A stretch of DNA of 61,897 nucleotides from Azolla caroliniana (Eukaryota > Plantae > Polypodiophyta): assembly GCA_043228905.1 (NCBI GenBank), contig JBHGNT010000170.1:1-61897 (forward strand). The letters run 5' to 3'. Positions 11,754 to 25,416 of this stretch are shown here, in pieces; the stretch's first letter is position 1, and each line of letters opens with the position of its first letter. The position numbers were made by a program, and so were the translations under genes. The notes beneath the pieces were generated by a model. That model did no database searches, had not been told where the DNA came from, and saw only the letters and a program-made list of their open reading frames with translations.

Positions 11754-14211
11754 TTATTTGCGAATGTTTTGATGAATTATGTTCGCACATATAAACCTTA
11801 GTACTAATAATGTTTTTTATTTTGTATCATGACCATTATATTTTATAAGAGAATGCCACAATAAAACCTTGAGTTATTTTTAGTAAAGACAAAGGCATTG
11901 CCTACAATGTACGTGTGATGCATTATTTCCTATATTTTGTCTACTGTACTGATGAATTATGAAGTTCGAGAGCTTATAGTTACAACAATGGTTATGATAA
12001 GTTTTCATGCTATTCACCCACTCGATGAAAAATGAAGCCTAGAAAAGGAACAATAGTTCTCAAAATAGTAAATTTAGCCTTTGCAATAAGTACCTTTCAA
12101 ACTCAAAGCTCTTATAACTTGTTGAAGTTATTATGCTAGTCCAACACGTTGGAGGTCTCCACTTCGAGAGGCTCAAAGTTGCACACCAACTCTTGCATTA
12201 AATCATACCTATTTGGTATTTGTAACTTTATATAACTCAGTTCATAATGAATAGATAAACTTTAACTATCCATGTTTGTAAAATATAATAGCTCATCATA
12301 AATTTGATATGAAAATCTTCAACAACTTTCAAAGTGGTTCAACACCATTTCACCAAGATTTCCAATGTTTTGTACAAGAAGTAGACATGAATGATGAAGA
12401 GGCCTTGTCAATCACCTCAAAGAATTATTGTATTTGCTAAAATTCTTTTGTGAATAGGTATTCTTTTAGGAGTACATATAATGAGGATATCTTCCTAGCA
12501 ACTTTGCCTATAGCTCTCGATGAGTGAATAAATAAATAAATAAATTTGTTTTATTCATACTTCATCAATTTTGCAATGATTCCTATAGCCAAGTGGGAAA
12601 GCTTGATGAAAGAGACCTTTGTAGTTACTTTGGTGATAAAATGATGTGTTATGCTAACAATTTGGTCTTATTGTGTATTTATGGAACCCCTTTCCGTTGA
12701 ACTCTTATGTTGAGTTTATTGATTTAGATAATTCTCTATTTTCTTGTAGAAATATGGGTTAGGCTCCTCTACCTTAATTATTTTTGCCGCCATTATCTTT
12801 AAGAGACAATGTTATTGTTCTAAACCCTTTTATAAATGTCAACCTCAATTTTGGAATGCCATTTGTTTTAGAGAAAATTGTTAATATCCCTAATCTACAA
12901 ACTTTACAACCACACAATGAGACTGATCTTATGATGTTCCAAACCAATAAGGCTTTACCTATCTTCGATCATGTTAGTAAACCAAGTTTGTTGATTTTAC
13001 TCAAATCCTCAGAACAATCCCTTTATTGATGAATTATGCAAAAGCATAAGAAAACAATGATATATACACAAGATCTTAGCCTTTCTTTTGAACTTGATAC
13101 CAACTCTTGTTCATCGAATAGAGCTTCTTTAGAGTCTTTTGGGAAGGTTGGCTAGAAAAAAATAACGAAAAGGAAATATTGGAAGCTAAATAACACTTTG
13201 TTGAAAATATTAAAGACAAACAACATCAGAGAAACTAGAAAAAAGATTTACATTTGGTTGAAGGATTGTATAATTGAGATTTTCACATTATGTGTTGTAC
13301 ACATTATTCTTACTCAAACACTTCCAATTTAGGACCACTTATCACATTTATGACATGGATCCTTGACATATCCTCAAAAAGACATAAACAATAAATTGTT
13401 GTTGCAAGGCAAAGAGTGTGATTCCTACATAAACACTTAACGTAAAGCTAATTACATATCACAAACGTATTTAAATGCAAACATTAACAGCATGTGTCCT
13501 TCACGTATGGTCAAATGTCGGTTCTTATTAAACACATGTGCTACCATAAACTCATCATGGGCATAGTAAAGGAAATATTGAAGCCCTTACGTGAATATGT
13601 TGACACAAACGAAGACGAATACATTATTAGTCACCATCTTGAAAATGTTGATCAATAGATATAATCTCTAAAAATACACAACATGTTGTTTGAGTATTAT
13701 TAGGCTCCCTTAAAAAGAGGAAACATCGACGCACATTCTGCATCCGTTGTAGCTTGAGTTACCATCTTGCCAACATATACTGATCAGTGATGATACCATG
13801 ACACATACATGTCACAACACTTATTTTTACAAAAGCTCTCACAAACTACACATTGAGAAACGAAAATGGATATTTGTAGTGATAAATGAAAGATATTGCT
13901 TACTATGCAATACAAATATGGTGGAGAATGAATAACCTTTTGTAACCAAATTCACGTAATCAAGGATATTAAGTGTAGGTTTCTCTAAAGTTAAGAGAGT
14001 TTTTCAGAGAGGTTTAATAAACAAAATACATTTCGAGTTGTTCTAAATATGCCTTCAAACTTATGGGGCATTCCAATTTGGGGAGAAAGTTTGCTTAGCA
14101 TAAACATGATGCAATCAAGGCACACTACAATTAATATGTATATACTTGAGAAATTAAATGATGAATGCACATATTTTTATCACGAAGAACATGATCAATA
14201 GTCAATCATGT

Positions 14212-14658
14212 TCACTCCCCCCTAGCAAAAGCTTTTGTGGGGAAGGTCTTTGTGATGCCACCATAGCTCCTAAACTTGAGCCGCTCCCCATCGTCCAAGA
14301 CCAAGACATCACTAACGGGTGCCCACAAGAAGAGCTCCTTCGCTTTCACACCCGAGAGCCCATGAAGACGATGATGTGCGACACGCACATGTATCTCAGT
14401 GTCAAAGCTCACCATGCGTCCAATGCGACGGAAGTAATGTTGGGTCTTCTCCTTTTGTCGTATCCACAATATGCCTGACTCCTTGTTGAAGCTACAATCA
14501 AGCACATCCTCCATCGCTAGGAGGCCGCCAGGAAGGCCCATCGATTCGAGAAGATCAACAGCATTGTCGAATGAGAAATCATGACTATAGTCTTTGCCCA
14601 TAAATGTTTTGGGTTTAAGTTCTCCTCCAAGCTCAAACTCACATTCCTCTAGAGCCAT
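14212..14658 (-). CDS. DUF538 family protein (intronless), paralog 1
   Basis: LLESMGLPGGLL...GILWIRQKEKTQHYFRRIGRMVSFDTEI...LSGVKAKELFLWAPV matches the plant DUF538 pattern. Confidence 0.9.
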   Translation of the reverse strand: MALEECEFELGGELKPKTFMGKDYSHDFSFDNAVDLLESMGLPGGLLAMEDVLDCSFNKESGILWIRQKEKTQHYFRRIGRMVSFDTEIHVRVAHHRLHGLSGVKAKELFLWAPVSDVLVLDDGERLKFRSYGGITKTFPTKAFARGE

Positions 14659-17610
14659 TCTTTCTTCCTCTAAATATATGTATCGGTAGATGTTTACTAA
14701 ACAAGAGTAGGCACATGGTATTTATACCCATGAACACTTAAGGGTCGTTTTCACATTAGTAACCAAGAGTGGGTATGTGGTGGTTGGAACAATAATTATT
14801 ACTTGTCATTATACCCGTAGCCAAAACATATCTTCATACTGACCTCATAAAATGACACTCATTTTTGTCCTAAAACGCGTTCATATAGTATTCAAGGAAA
14901 CTTTTTCTTTCTCGGATTGATCTCATTTTCCATGGATGCAATAATACATAACATGTGCTATATTTCTCTCAAATAAGGTTCCCTTTATAAATGTTTGGGC
15001 CTATCAATTTTCAAATGACAAATTCCACCTTAAGCAAGGTGGGTTCTACCGTTATTCCTACACATGCTTGCAATTGATCAATGATAATATTGACGTATCA
15101 ATCACCATATAATCATGTATTACATATTGTATGTGGTTGCATTCACAAGGCAGTCTAGTTCTTATTTGCAAATTTGCATTGATGGAAGGGAAGAAATCAT
15201 GAATGCATCACAACGTTCTATAGTAAATTGTGAAATAAATAGGCCATGCTCTTCAAATCCTTGGCTATAGAACGGAGTCGGACAGACCATTCATGTTTGA
15301 GGAAGATTTAGTACTTTGTGAATGCAAAAGCAAACCTCACTGAATGATTGGATCATTTATTTGTGACTCACATAAAATAATTTATATCATAATTAATAAA
15401 GAATTAGGTTTACAATATAAAACAACAAAAATTTAAAAATTAAACATATCATCAAATTCATAAATTCTATAAAATCAACATGACGATAAGACAATTAACA
15501 AGTTCTAATAAAGAAAATTAAGTAACTTAAGTCTAAATCACACGTTTCTCATAAAACACACATGAAAACAAGACGAAGAAAAAATAGTAAAATAGAATGA
15601 CCTTAAACATTTAAATAAATCGAAAACATTTTCAGTCCAAATGTTGAAGAAAAGAACTATAACCTTACACATAAAATGATTGAAAAAGAACAACAAATTA
15701 GAAAAGATAAAAAAATTCAACACAAATAAAGTAACTTTATGCATAAAAAATTACACATAAACAAAAGGATATCCATTACATGTATATACCTATTAAGTGT
15801 ACATTATAAATAAACATAGATATAACGAGAACAAAAGAGATCAGTTAGATGAAATAACCTTATAAAAACTCATAACAATAAGCAATCAATCAATTTTCTA
15901 TTATTTATGGTCCAAACACTAAGGCGACCATTTTATCTAGATCTTTTTGTTGTGCATTTGCAAGTAAAGTTTCCCAAACAACACTATCTTGGTTCTTAGC
16001 ATGAGAAAAGCATTCTTGCTTTACCATGACCAAACTTGCATAGTTTTGAGGTCTCTTTAGCTCCACAATCCTCCATTTCCATCTTTGATAACACGTGAGG
16101 TGCATAGATTTATTGTGTAGAGTTCCTAAAGAGATACTCATCAAGTATCGATTATCAATGTACAACCTTGTAAATTTGTTGATTGCTTGAATTTGTGTAT
16201 GCAAATGAACAAGCATGAGGTGTATGAAGAGATACACGAAATATCATTGATGATCTTACATTAGTACGTTATGAAGACGCTCTTACATGAGCTAATCAAT
16301 TGCAAACAATTTGTTCTTTCGACCATGATTTAGGACACTACATTAGCTTTACAAATTGAACCATGTTTAACAACAAATTTTGGGCTTCATTAGCGAAGAG
16401 GTTTGTACACTCAACTTTGTTTATTGATGATTCTCACGTGTCATAATACTATACTTTGACTTTCTAGAAGCAACAACTTGTTGAATGTAACTTCTCCCAA
16501 TGACCCTACCCTCATCCCATAAAACTTATTTTATTATGTAAATAAAATTTGAACTAGACTTCATTATGAGAACTTACCAAGATTAAAAATTCCCATAAAT
16601 TTATGATGATGATTAGAATGATATGTGAAAACATGAAAACAGACCAATCCCATAAAACAGTGACCTTTTAAACCTACTTCTTACTATGCTCAATGATGGA
16701 TTTGGTGATGGTTAATGTTAGGATCAGTTGAGAGAAGGGCGAACAAGAGTATTGAGAAACAAGAGGTATACTCATAAAAGTGTAAATGTATGCAGATCAA
16801 CATGTTTTCACTTAGCAACACTTTAGTATGCAAACAAAGAAAATCAATATGTCTTTGATTATCAATCGATGCATATCAGTCCTCCCTTATAATTCCACAT
16901 TTCTGATGCTTGCAATGCCAAAACATTGACAAGGAAAAAACAGTAACAACAATATTCAAGGGAATTTTTCAAGATATAGTGAAGAGGAGCTCCAAATCAA
17001 CCTGAGCATGGGGGTCACCACACTCTGTCTCAGCCCAATTCTTCTTGAGATGACCCTTGTTGAAGCTTCAGTGCATGGTGGAACTAACCTATACAAACAT
17101 ACACATGCCTTTGATCTTTGTATTTTGAATGCAACCGAAACTTTTTTGCCTTTGTTATCTCCTTCATGGTGCAGATAGATATATGGATGCAGATGCTACA
17201 TGTTAAGGAAAGCCCATGATAAAAGATTATCGAGAGATATGTCAGCCAACACTTCAAACATGTTGATCATTAACAGATGTTCATGATACTTGAATGATCT
17301 CGATATAAACTTACATTATGCAATGCATTGTTACATAGCCTTGAGAAAAGGTCAATTCTGTAAAACTACAATACCTTATAGCAAATGTTTGAATTTAATT
17401 CAAGAAACCACATACACCTACATTTCAAGTCGGGATGTCTGACAACTTCCCAGTGTTTTTATCTCCCATAACAAGGGCAATATTATATGTCCTTCTTAAT
17501 GCAACCACACATCGAGCATTCTTCTTTATCCTCCTCCTTGATGTTCTAACACCAGATCTAACATTTTCATATTCATTTAGCAAGCATGCTAATGTGCATA
17601 TAAAGCTACT

Positions 17611-18066
17611 TCACTCACCCCTAGCAAATGCATCTGCACAGAAGGTTCTCAAAATACCACCATAGGTTCGAAACTTGATCTTATCTTCGATAGCCGACAC
17701 ATCGAAAATAGGCGTCCAAACAAGGAACTCCTTGGCTTTCACACCTGAGATGGAGTGGAGGCGGTGGTCCCCAATTTGGGCACGTATCTCAGTGTCATAA
17801 CTGACCATGCGGCCGATGCGACGGAAGTAATGTTGGGTCTTCTTCTTCTGGCGTATCCACATTGCGCCCAATGCCTTGTCGAAGCCGCAATCGATGACAT
17901 TCTCGAGGGGGAGGAGACCACCAGGGAGGCCCATGGCTTCCAGAAGATCTGCAGCGTTCCTGAAGCAAAGATCGTGGCCGTCCATGGAGATGGGCCCTGC
18001 TGGAACGTCCCCTATGCTCCTCCATTTCAAGCTCTTGGCCTGCCCTTCACCATCTCCTCCTGCCAT
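17611..18066 (-). CDS. DUF538 family protein (intronless), paralog 2
   Basis: LLEAMGLPGGLLPL...WIRQKKKTQHYFRRIGRMVSYDTEI...SGVKAKEFLVW; same C-terminus (AFARGE) as paralog 1. Confidence 0.9.
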   Translation of the reverse strand: MAGGDGEGQAKSLKWRSIGDVPAGPISMDGHDLCFRNAADLLEAMGLPGGLLPLENVIDCGFDKALGAMWIRQKKKTQHYFRRIGRMVSYDTEIRAQIGDHRLHSISGVKAKEFLVWTPIFDVSAIEDKIKFRTYGGILRTFCADAFARGE

Positions 18067-20856
18067 GGCTATCTATGAGCAGTGGCTTTCCCTTCCCTTT
18101 CCTTTTTCTCTTCCTCTTCCTCTTGGGAAGCAATATGTACAAGATAACAAACCTTATCAAACTCCTCTGTTTCCTCTGCACACACACAGAAACAAATATA
18201 GGTATGTATATACACATATACATACATATACATACTGTTATACATATATATACATATGAATTGTGTTGGTCTCATGTGGTGGTTACACACTCTTCTAAAA
18301 CACAAGATTCCCATGTTGTTCGCATAGCTCCGCTCTCGTGGGTTCTTGACTGAGGCCACATTCCGGTACATCCTCGTGGATCAGTTCTCTGCTCGATTTC
18401 CCCTTTCATGAGTCCTCCAGTTCTATGATACTCCTAGTCATGGGGTTCTTGACTTTCCTTTCACTCATCGGTTTCTCGAACCTCATATTACCAGCTTGCG
18501 ACTCTCAAGAGATGTTCGAAACTACTTTCACAAGCTACAACATCGCTCTCGTCTCTCTCCTGCTTTCTTGAGTCTAGTCTCCCTTTTTGGCAGTAAATCG
18601 TGGTTCCTTCATTCTCTCATAAGAGCTTCTCCACTTGGTCTTTTAGAGATTCTTGTCTCTTCATCATTGGTTGCTTGTGGGCTATCAAGCCTCGTTTGAA
18701 CCCTAAGACTGTCTCTTTTGGGTGGGTCGCCTGATGGGCTTTTTTCTCTATAAATAATCTTTTTTGGTTCCTCATCCCTCATGTGAATAGCAAAATCAAC
18801 TCCTTTACATCATGCACCCACAATTAAAGGGAAACTCCCCAAAGTGAACATATTCAATGTGACACCTCAAAGACGAATGCGTCATTTCATAAGTAATCAT
18901 AAAGTTTATAACAAATAGTTTATCTATGCCATATCATATTGTTGAGACAAAAAGAAGTGAGCCTCTTCGTATGGATTTATTTTATGTAAATATCATCACA
19001 ACTTTAGGAAGAAAGCTTGATTGAAATGAAAAGAAACACCCAACAATACTTGTGTGTGGTATTGCTTGTGATGAATTACATAATATAAAGTAAAGTTGTT
19101 TGCGATAAATTTATGTTTACCAAACTAATAAAACTTTGGACCTTATGAAAATCATTGACTCATTTCAATAAAGTTCTTTTGTCTAATATACATGTTTTTT
19201 CTTATCCATATGCCCAATGCACATGGATTATAAGATACTTAATCAATTCTCATTTAAGTTCCATCTGTACGATACTCAATTCTCCATATTTTGAATCTTA
19301 TTATGTGATCGAACACAAAAAATAAACTCAAGGTGTAAATGGATGTGGGGTGTCACACTAACGAGAATATGTAGGTATGCATGTGGTAGGTTTAATGAGT
19401 TGGTGTAAAGGTAAATCAATAAGTGCCAACTTTTGGGAAAGAGTTAACCATGGTTAAACATAAAAGACGGCGAGTTATTGATATCGAAGTACAGCCAAGG
19501 GACAACTCAACTCTAGTCATTAACAAAAGGGAGAGCCTTATTCTTGTGACCAATGCTGTAAATTTGGAATGACATCAATATTGAGTTATAACTACAAATG
19601 TAAATAAATATGACAGAGACTCGTGAGTCACGATCAAATCAGATGCGCAAGCGATTACTGACATAATTTCATAACATGATCTTGAACTATTGTTTCCTTA
19701 GCGGTTGTATGCATTTACAATCACCAACCTTCATTGTGCACACGTACTTTACTTGCACTTGTTGTGTGATTAGAGTGAAAGATAGAGGATAGTAAATGTA
19801 TGTTTTTGTTGAGGTTGCATACATAGGGGTGACTGCATGATGCATGAAGATGGTAAATGGTCCTAACTAGTTGTTGTAGAATTCAATGCATGATGTACCA
19901 TCATTCCCTTATTCATGAGTTACTCTATCTTCTCCATTAGTTATAATAATATTAGAAGTATGTATGTTGCTCTCTTCCATTGGGGCCGAAATAGGTGGAT
20001 TCACAACATAACACTATTTTTACTTCTATGTCATCATTATGAAGCACCTGGTTGTTGAGTGTACCCCTAGCTTGTAAAGCATTACTTGAGTCTAAGGATC
20101 AAAGTACCGTGGTGACAAATTTTTGAAAAGCATTAATTGTTTCAAAAATTTTGCTAGCAACCAATTCGGGAAGTAAAATGTTAGTATGCAAACAAGCTAG
20201 ACTAATAAAGAGAAACTAGAAAACGATGAGTCTTGACGTTTTTTTTCCAACGGGAAATGGTTTATCTTAATGTGGCACTTAAATCGATCATGGGAGGCTC
20301 AATTTGTTCATATCGCTATTTCTGGCAAGGTCAACATCCGACACATCAAGTTCTTAGTTGTGGTGCCACATGACATCACTAGGCCTAATAAATCATATGT
20401 TTAATGCAACCACATATCGAAACTCTGGTGTCTTGGTGTAATGGCAATTACGATAGGAACCATAAGCCATGGAAGACAACTCAATGCCATGAATTGCCGG
20501 TAGATAAACTCTAGTGTGGCCACATTGGCCTACGGAGACAAAGGAAAACGTGAGGGGCATTTACAGAGAAAAAAAGAAACTCAGGGGCATTTTAGAGTTT
20601 TTGTTCCACAGAAAACCAGAGCACCAGAGTTTTTAGTGCAAGTCTTGACAAAGCTTTCTAATGTAGCCCTTCAACTTCAATTGCATCATAGAGATAATAA
20701 GCTCTGAGCTGTTGGATTATAAAGATTTCGGTCGATATCTCAAGTGGGGTCCTGCAACACATGATGGTTATCTTCTCTGTTGCTGCATCAAGAATATAAC
20801 AAAAAACATTACATTCACCATATTATATTGCTTTTTTGCCAGATGTACAACATCAA

Positions 20857-23061
20857 ATGTGGAGCATTAGAAGAACATTTTCCGCATTCAGAGATGATAA
20901 TGTCTCATTTGTTTACTTGCTTTCTTTGACAACATGCTCACATGATGTTATGTCGATCCATGCGTACATAATGCAAAATGATTTGAAGACTGATGTTCGC
21001 ATAGGGACTGCCCTCATCAATATGTATGGAAAATATGGTCATCCGGAGGATGCAAGGTGGGTGTTTGAAGAAATGCCGGAACGTGATGTGGTTACCTGGA
21101 ATGTAATGATGCGTGTTTTCTCTCAGCTTGGGTTAGAGAAAGAGGTCTTCAATTTATTCCATCAAATGCAGAATAATTGTGTGAAGCCAACCCGGGTCAG
21201 CTTCATTAGTATCATTGATATATGTGGGCATGCAACATTGCCAGAAAGAGGGCATCTCGTGCATGTATGTATCATAGATAGTGACTGTCACCTTGATATG
21301 GTAGTTAACAATGCTTTGGTTAATATGTATGTAAAATCAAATGCATTAGAGGATGCACATAGGGTGTTTGTGATGATGATCCATCATAATGTGATTTCGT
21401 GGACGACGCTGATCTTAGGTTATGCTAAGTGTGGAAAAGGCAATGAGGCAATGCAACTTTTCTCCCAGATGCAAGAGAAAGGAATCAATCCCGATGCAGT
21501 GACATTCATCACTATTCTTGAGGCGTGTTCGAAGCACAAATTGCAAATTCATGGAATGATTTTGCATTCCTTGATTATAATGAATGGGCTTCACTCGGAA
21601 TTACATATTGGAAACTCTATCATTCATATGTATGCTAAATGTGGTAGTATGAAAGATGCAATTCGAGTTTTTGACAGTATGCGTGAGAAAGATGTTGTGA
21701 CATGGACTGCAGTCATTGCAGCATATAGTTATGAAGGTCAAGGATATGAAGCTCTTAAGAGTTTCAAAAACATGAAGCAACAAGGAATGGACCCGAACAA
21801 AATCACATTTGTTTGTGTGCTAGATGCATGTACAAGCTATGGGTCATTGATAGAAGGTATGCAAATCCATGTTCATATTTTGGCATCTCCGGTTCTAAAG
21901 GATGTGGACATCGGAAGTTCTCTGATTAATATGTATGGCAAATGTGGTAAGTTGCAGCATTCATTGGATTTGTTTACCAGAATGCTGGAGCAAAATGTTA
22001 TATCTTGGACTGCTATGATTACGGTGTACTCTTCTCATGGGCATGTAGAGGAAGGTGTGCAGATTTTTCACCAGATGTTCCAGGAAGGGATGATTCCAAA
22101 TGAGGTAACATATGTTTCCATTTTTGGTGCCTGCAGAAAGGAGGCCACATTTTCCCTGGGCAAACAATTACATTCCTGCATTGTGAATGGTGACCATGAG
22201 AGGGACGTTAATGTTCAGAATGCCCTCATCAGTATGTATGGGAATAGTGGTAGCATACATAATGCAGAGACAGTTTTCCGAGGTATGACTGAACGTAATA
22301 TAGTCTCTTGGACTTCCATGATGGGTGTTTATGTAGAGAATGGTGAAGGTGTTAAGGCTTTGGCATTCTATGAGTTGATGCAAAGGGAAGCAATACAACC
22401 TGATAGGACCATGTTCCTTTGCGTGTTGGATGCATGCACATTGTGCTTAGATTTAGGTCGAGGTGAACAAGAGCTTCATGGATTTCTAGAGTGTGGCTCT
22501 GAGATTGATTCAGTTACTGGAACAGCTCTGATTAACTTCTATGGAAAATGTGGACGACTGGATGATGCTAAAACGATGTTCTACAAATTACCTGATCGAG
22601 GTCTGGTGTCATGGACTGTGATAATTGCAGTCTGTGCACAACATGGTGAATGTCTAGTAGTGTTTAGGTTGTTTCATCAAATGCAACAACTTGGCATTTA
22701 CCCAGATGATTTGACCTTCATATGTATGCTCTATGCTTGTAGCCACGCTGGTCTAATAGATGAAGGCCAGTATCTCTTCCTTTGTATGGTTCATGGGCAC
22801 AATATTACACCATCCATAGACCATTATGTATGCATTGTCGATCTCCTTGGAAGGGCAGGCTGTCTGGATGAGGCCAACATATTGATGAATAATTTATCAT
22901 TGCAACCTACAAGTGAGTTGTTGATGGCTTTTCTTGGAGCATGTAGGTACAAAGGTGATGTAGAACATGGGGAGAACTATGCAAACAAGATGTTCGGGAT
23001 AGATCCAACAAATGCTGCACCGTATGTGATTCTCTCAAACATTTATTCCTGTTGGAGCTGA
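20857..23061 (+). CDS. PLS-class pentatricopeptide repeat protein ending in a partial E domain, no DYW
   Basis: One long ORF with repeated GTALINMYGKCG / DVVTWN / PDAVTFITILEAC triplets, ending ACSHAGL..HYVCIVDLLGRAG..YVILSNIYSCWS*. First in-frame ATG at 20857; an acceptor-like TTTTTTGCCAG at ~20842 means an upstream exon is possible. Confidence 0.93.
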   Translation: MWSIRRTFSAFRDDNVSFVYLLSLTTCSHDVMSIHAYIMQNDLKTDVRIGTALINMYGKYGHPEDARWVFEEMPERDVVTWNVMMRVFSQLGLEKEVFNLFHQMQNNCVKPTRVSFISIIDICGHATLPERGHLVHVCIIDSDCHLDMVVNNALVNMYVKSNALEDAHRVFVMMIHHNVISWTTLILGYAKCGKGNEAMQLFSQMQEKGINPDAVTFITILEACSKHKLQIHGMILHSLIIMNGLHSELHIGNSIIHMYAKCGSMKDAIRVFDSMREKDVVTWTAVIAAYSYEGQGYEALKSFKNMKQQGMDPNKITFVCVLDACTSYGSLIEGMQIHVHILASPVLKDVDIGSSLINMYGKCGKLQHSLDLFTRMLEQNVISWTAMITVYSSHGHVEEGVQIFHQMFQEGMIPNEVTYVSIFGACRKEATFSLGKQLHSCIVNGDHERDVNVQNALISMYGNSGSIHNAETVFRGMTERNIVSWTSMMGVYVENGEGVKALAFYELMQREAIQPDRTMFLCVLDACTLCLDLGRGEQELHGFLECGSEIDSVTGTALINFYGKCGRLDDAKTMFYKLPDRGLVSWTVIIAVCAQHGECLVVFRLFHQMQQLGIYPDDLTFICMLYACSHAGLIDEGQYLFLCMVHGHNITPSIDHYVCIVDLLGRAGCLDEANILMNNLSLQPTSELLMAFLGACRYKGDVEHGENYANKMFGIDPTNAAPYVILSNIYSCWS

Positions 23062-25169
23062 TGCAGAATCTATAGGTTCAGCCTCTGAGGCATTGCACCT
23101 ATAGGTTCTGAGTCATTGCACCTGAGGCTATGATCATGTTGAGAAGAACCTTGGGAGCTTAAATAAAAGGATGTCCAAGTTGGTACTAAGGGTATATTCT
23201 AAGGTTGAGCACATTGTGATATTGCATCAAATTGGAGAGACTAGAATAGATATCCCTAAAACTTCAACGTTTTGGGATGTATGGGTAGACCAATTTGGTG
23301 AACCTTGCAGTTAAAGCCCATAAGCGTGATGACCTTTGGAGAAGTTTTTTCTTCCAATATACAGAACAATGTGGGTGCTGATTTTACCCCTTCTATGCTT
23401 AACGGTCAGTTGGCATATAGTTTTATTATAAAAGAATCAGTACCTTGATTTCGTTAATCCTAGTTGTTGACATATGGATCAAAGTTTGATTGCCTTGGAA
23501 TGAATCATAGGTTAACTTCGACTTATATGATAAGGCTCACAAATATGTAGAGCTATCTCGAATGTTTATCACAGGGAAAGGTATTTAGATTCTCGAAATC
23601 TTATTTGGTAAAGGAGAGGAAATCTGGCTCTTCATCATTCCCAAGATACTTTTTGTAAAACTAATCCATATGCTATCTAACAGGTTATGAAGAGGTAAAT
23701 TTTGAAGAAGAAATATCCCTCCAATTCATAATAATAAATAAAACCGGTCCATTTCTTCACCTGCCTCTATTGATTTGTCTTGTTCCATCTCTGTACTTCA
23801 TACCAGGAAATTGAGGGCCTTATTTGTTTACAACAATGGGGTGCAACTTTGAACTGGGCCCAAATTGTGATGCTTATAGATTTTGTATTGATTTCATAAA
23901 TGCAACAATATGGATCCTAGTATCTGCATGTCAAATGCAACTTATGGAACTACATATGTTTGCATTAATGGCAGTTTGTTTCATTCTTTGAAGAAAGATG
24001 GTATTGATGTGTAACTTTTTCCACCATTCAAAAGAAGGTAAATGCTGGTGGCATCATGAAAATTGTTTGTTTGGAATTTACTTCAAGTAAAGCAAAACGG
24101 CGTTGCTTTTGAAGGATCTTGATTCCAACCACCATGATCTTATGCACTCTCAATCTGCACTGACCTTGTAACCAATTATACTGAGAAAGATATTCAAGGA
24201 GAAATTGAACTGTTAAAACATCTAAAGAAACCATTTAATAATAGAGCATTTGCCTCAACATTAGTGAACATAGAAAGGAGGCCATTTGCTAAAAAGCATT
24301 TCATGATGCCTACCATAACACCCATGAACCTTCAAAATTGCCAAGTTTGAGCTTTTTGTTAAGATAATGACTTTTGCCAATTGAATCCATGCTTCCAAAT
24401 TAACTCCAACAAAGAGGTATCAATTCTTTAGATACAGGCTAGAAATGATAGTCTAATGGAGCGGGAGCTAATCACAGCCCAACATTTAGATGTGGACTTA
24501 TTTTGGGTCACCATACAAAAATTTGAAATACATTTCAAAGATTTTTTTTGCTCTAGCTAGTAATAGGTAGTACGAATATGAGATGAACCTTTCAAATTCT
24601 TCATACAATATGTTAAGGTGAAGATTGCTAGAAGGCTTAAGCGTTGAGTACTTTTACACTAACATCAAGGGGTGTGATGTTTTATATTTGAAAAACAGGG
24701 GTATGACTGATTCACACTTGCTATACACTCCTTACATCTACCATATCGTCCATTCATAGCTATATAACAATAATAATAATAATATATGGAGAGAACATGA
24801 CCAAAAAATGTAGTTAACCCACTTATAGGCAGAAATGCAGACTGAGAGCTTAGATGAATTTAATTACATTGGAACCTTTGCAGCATTGCCAAAAAACGAT
24901 GTGCCAAAATGCATTTAACCTCCATAACCTTCAGGTGGTGATCATGAATTGAACTTGTAGAATCTGGTGGATTACAAGGACGTCATGTAATCTACCTGTA
25001 CATTCTGAGGACTTAGTGAATCTGTACATTAATCATCTTAAGGGCAGAACTTCCCCTGACAATAAATACTCAGGACCTTTAGAGGATTGCCAGCAAACGG
25101 TCAGCAAAATGGAAGCAAAATGATTTACATGTGAGAATTTTGGAATAGTCAAAGAGCCAACACAACCTC

Positions 25170-25385
25170 GCTAATCTGATAGAATCCATGGACTTTGTGA
25201 ACCTAATGGACTCCACAGACTTCATGAATCCAATTGACTCTACAGAACTCGCAAATCTGATAGATTCCATTGAACTTGTAAATCCCATAACTTCCACTGA
25301 CCTCCAGAATCTGAGAGCCTTCATGGACAATGCAAATTTGATAGATTCCAGGAACACCTTGAATCTAGTAAATCATGATTCAATT
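25170..25385. repeat. Degenerate 27-nt tandem repeat, ~8 copies
   Basis: Units such as gctaatctgatagaatccatggacttt, gcaaatctgatagattccattgaactt and gcaaatttgatagattccaggaacacc; reads xNLIDSxDL on + and SxESIRFxK on -. Confidence 0.8.
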
Positions 25386-25416
25386 TCAGTCCATGGACGT
25401 TGTGATCCCATGGTCT

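Noticed and set aside
11900-13300. Possible decayed retroelement sequence (also 15900-17400, 32600-34250, 42600-43400, 46900-47400)
   Set aside because: Composition is suggestive, but I could not identify diagnostic motifs without a database search.
14158-18259. Plus-strand ORFs overlapping the DUF538 genes
   Set aside because: Antisense shadows of GC-richer coding sequence.
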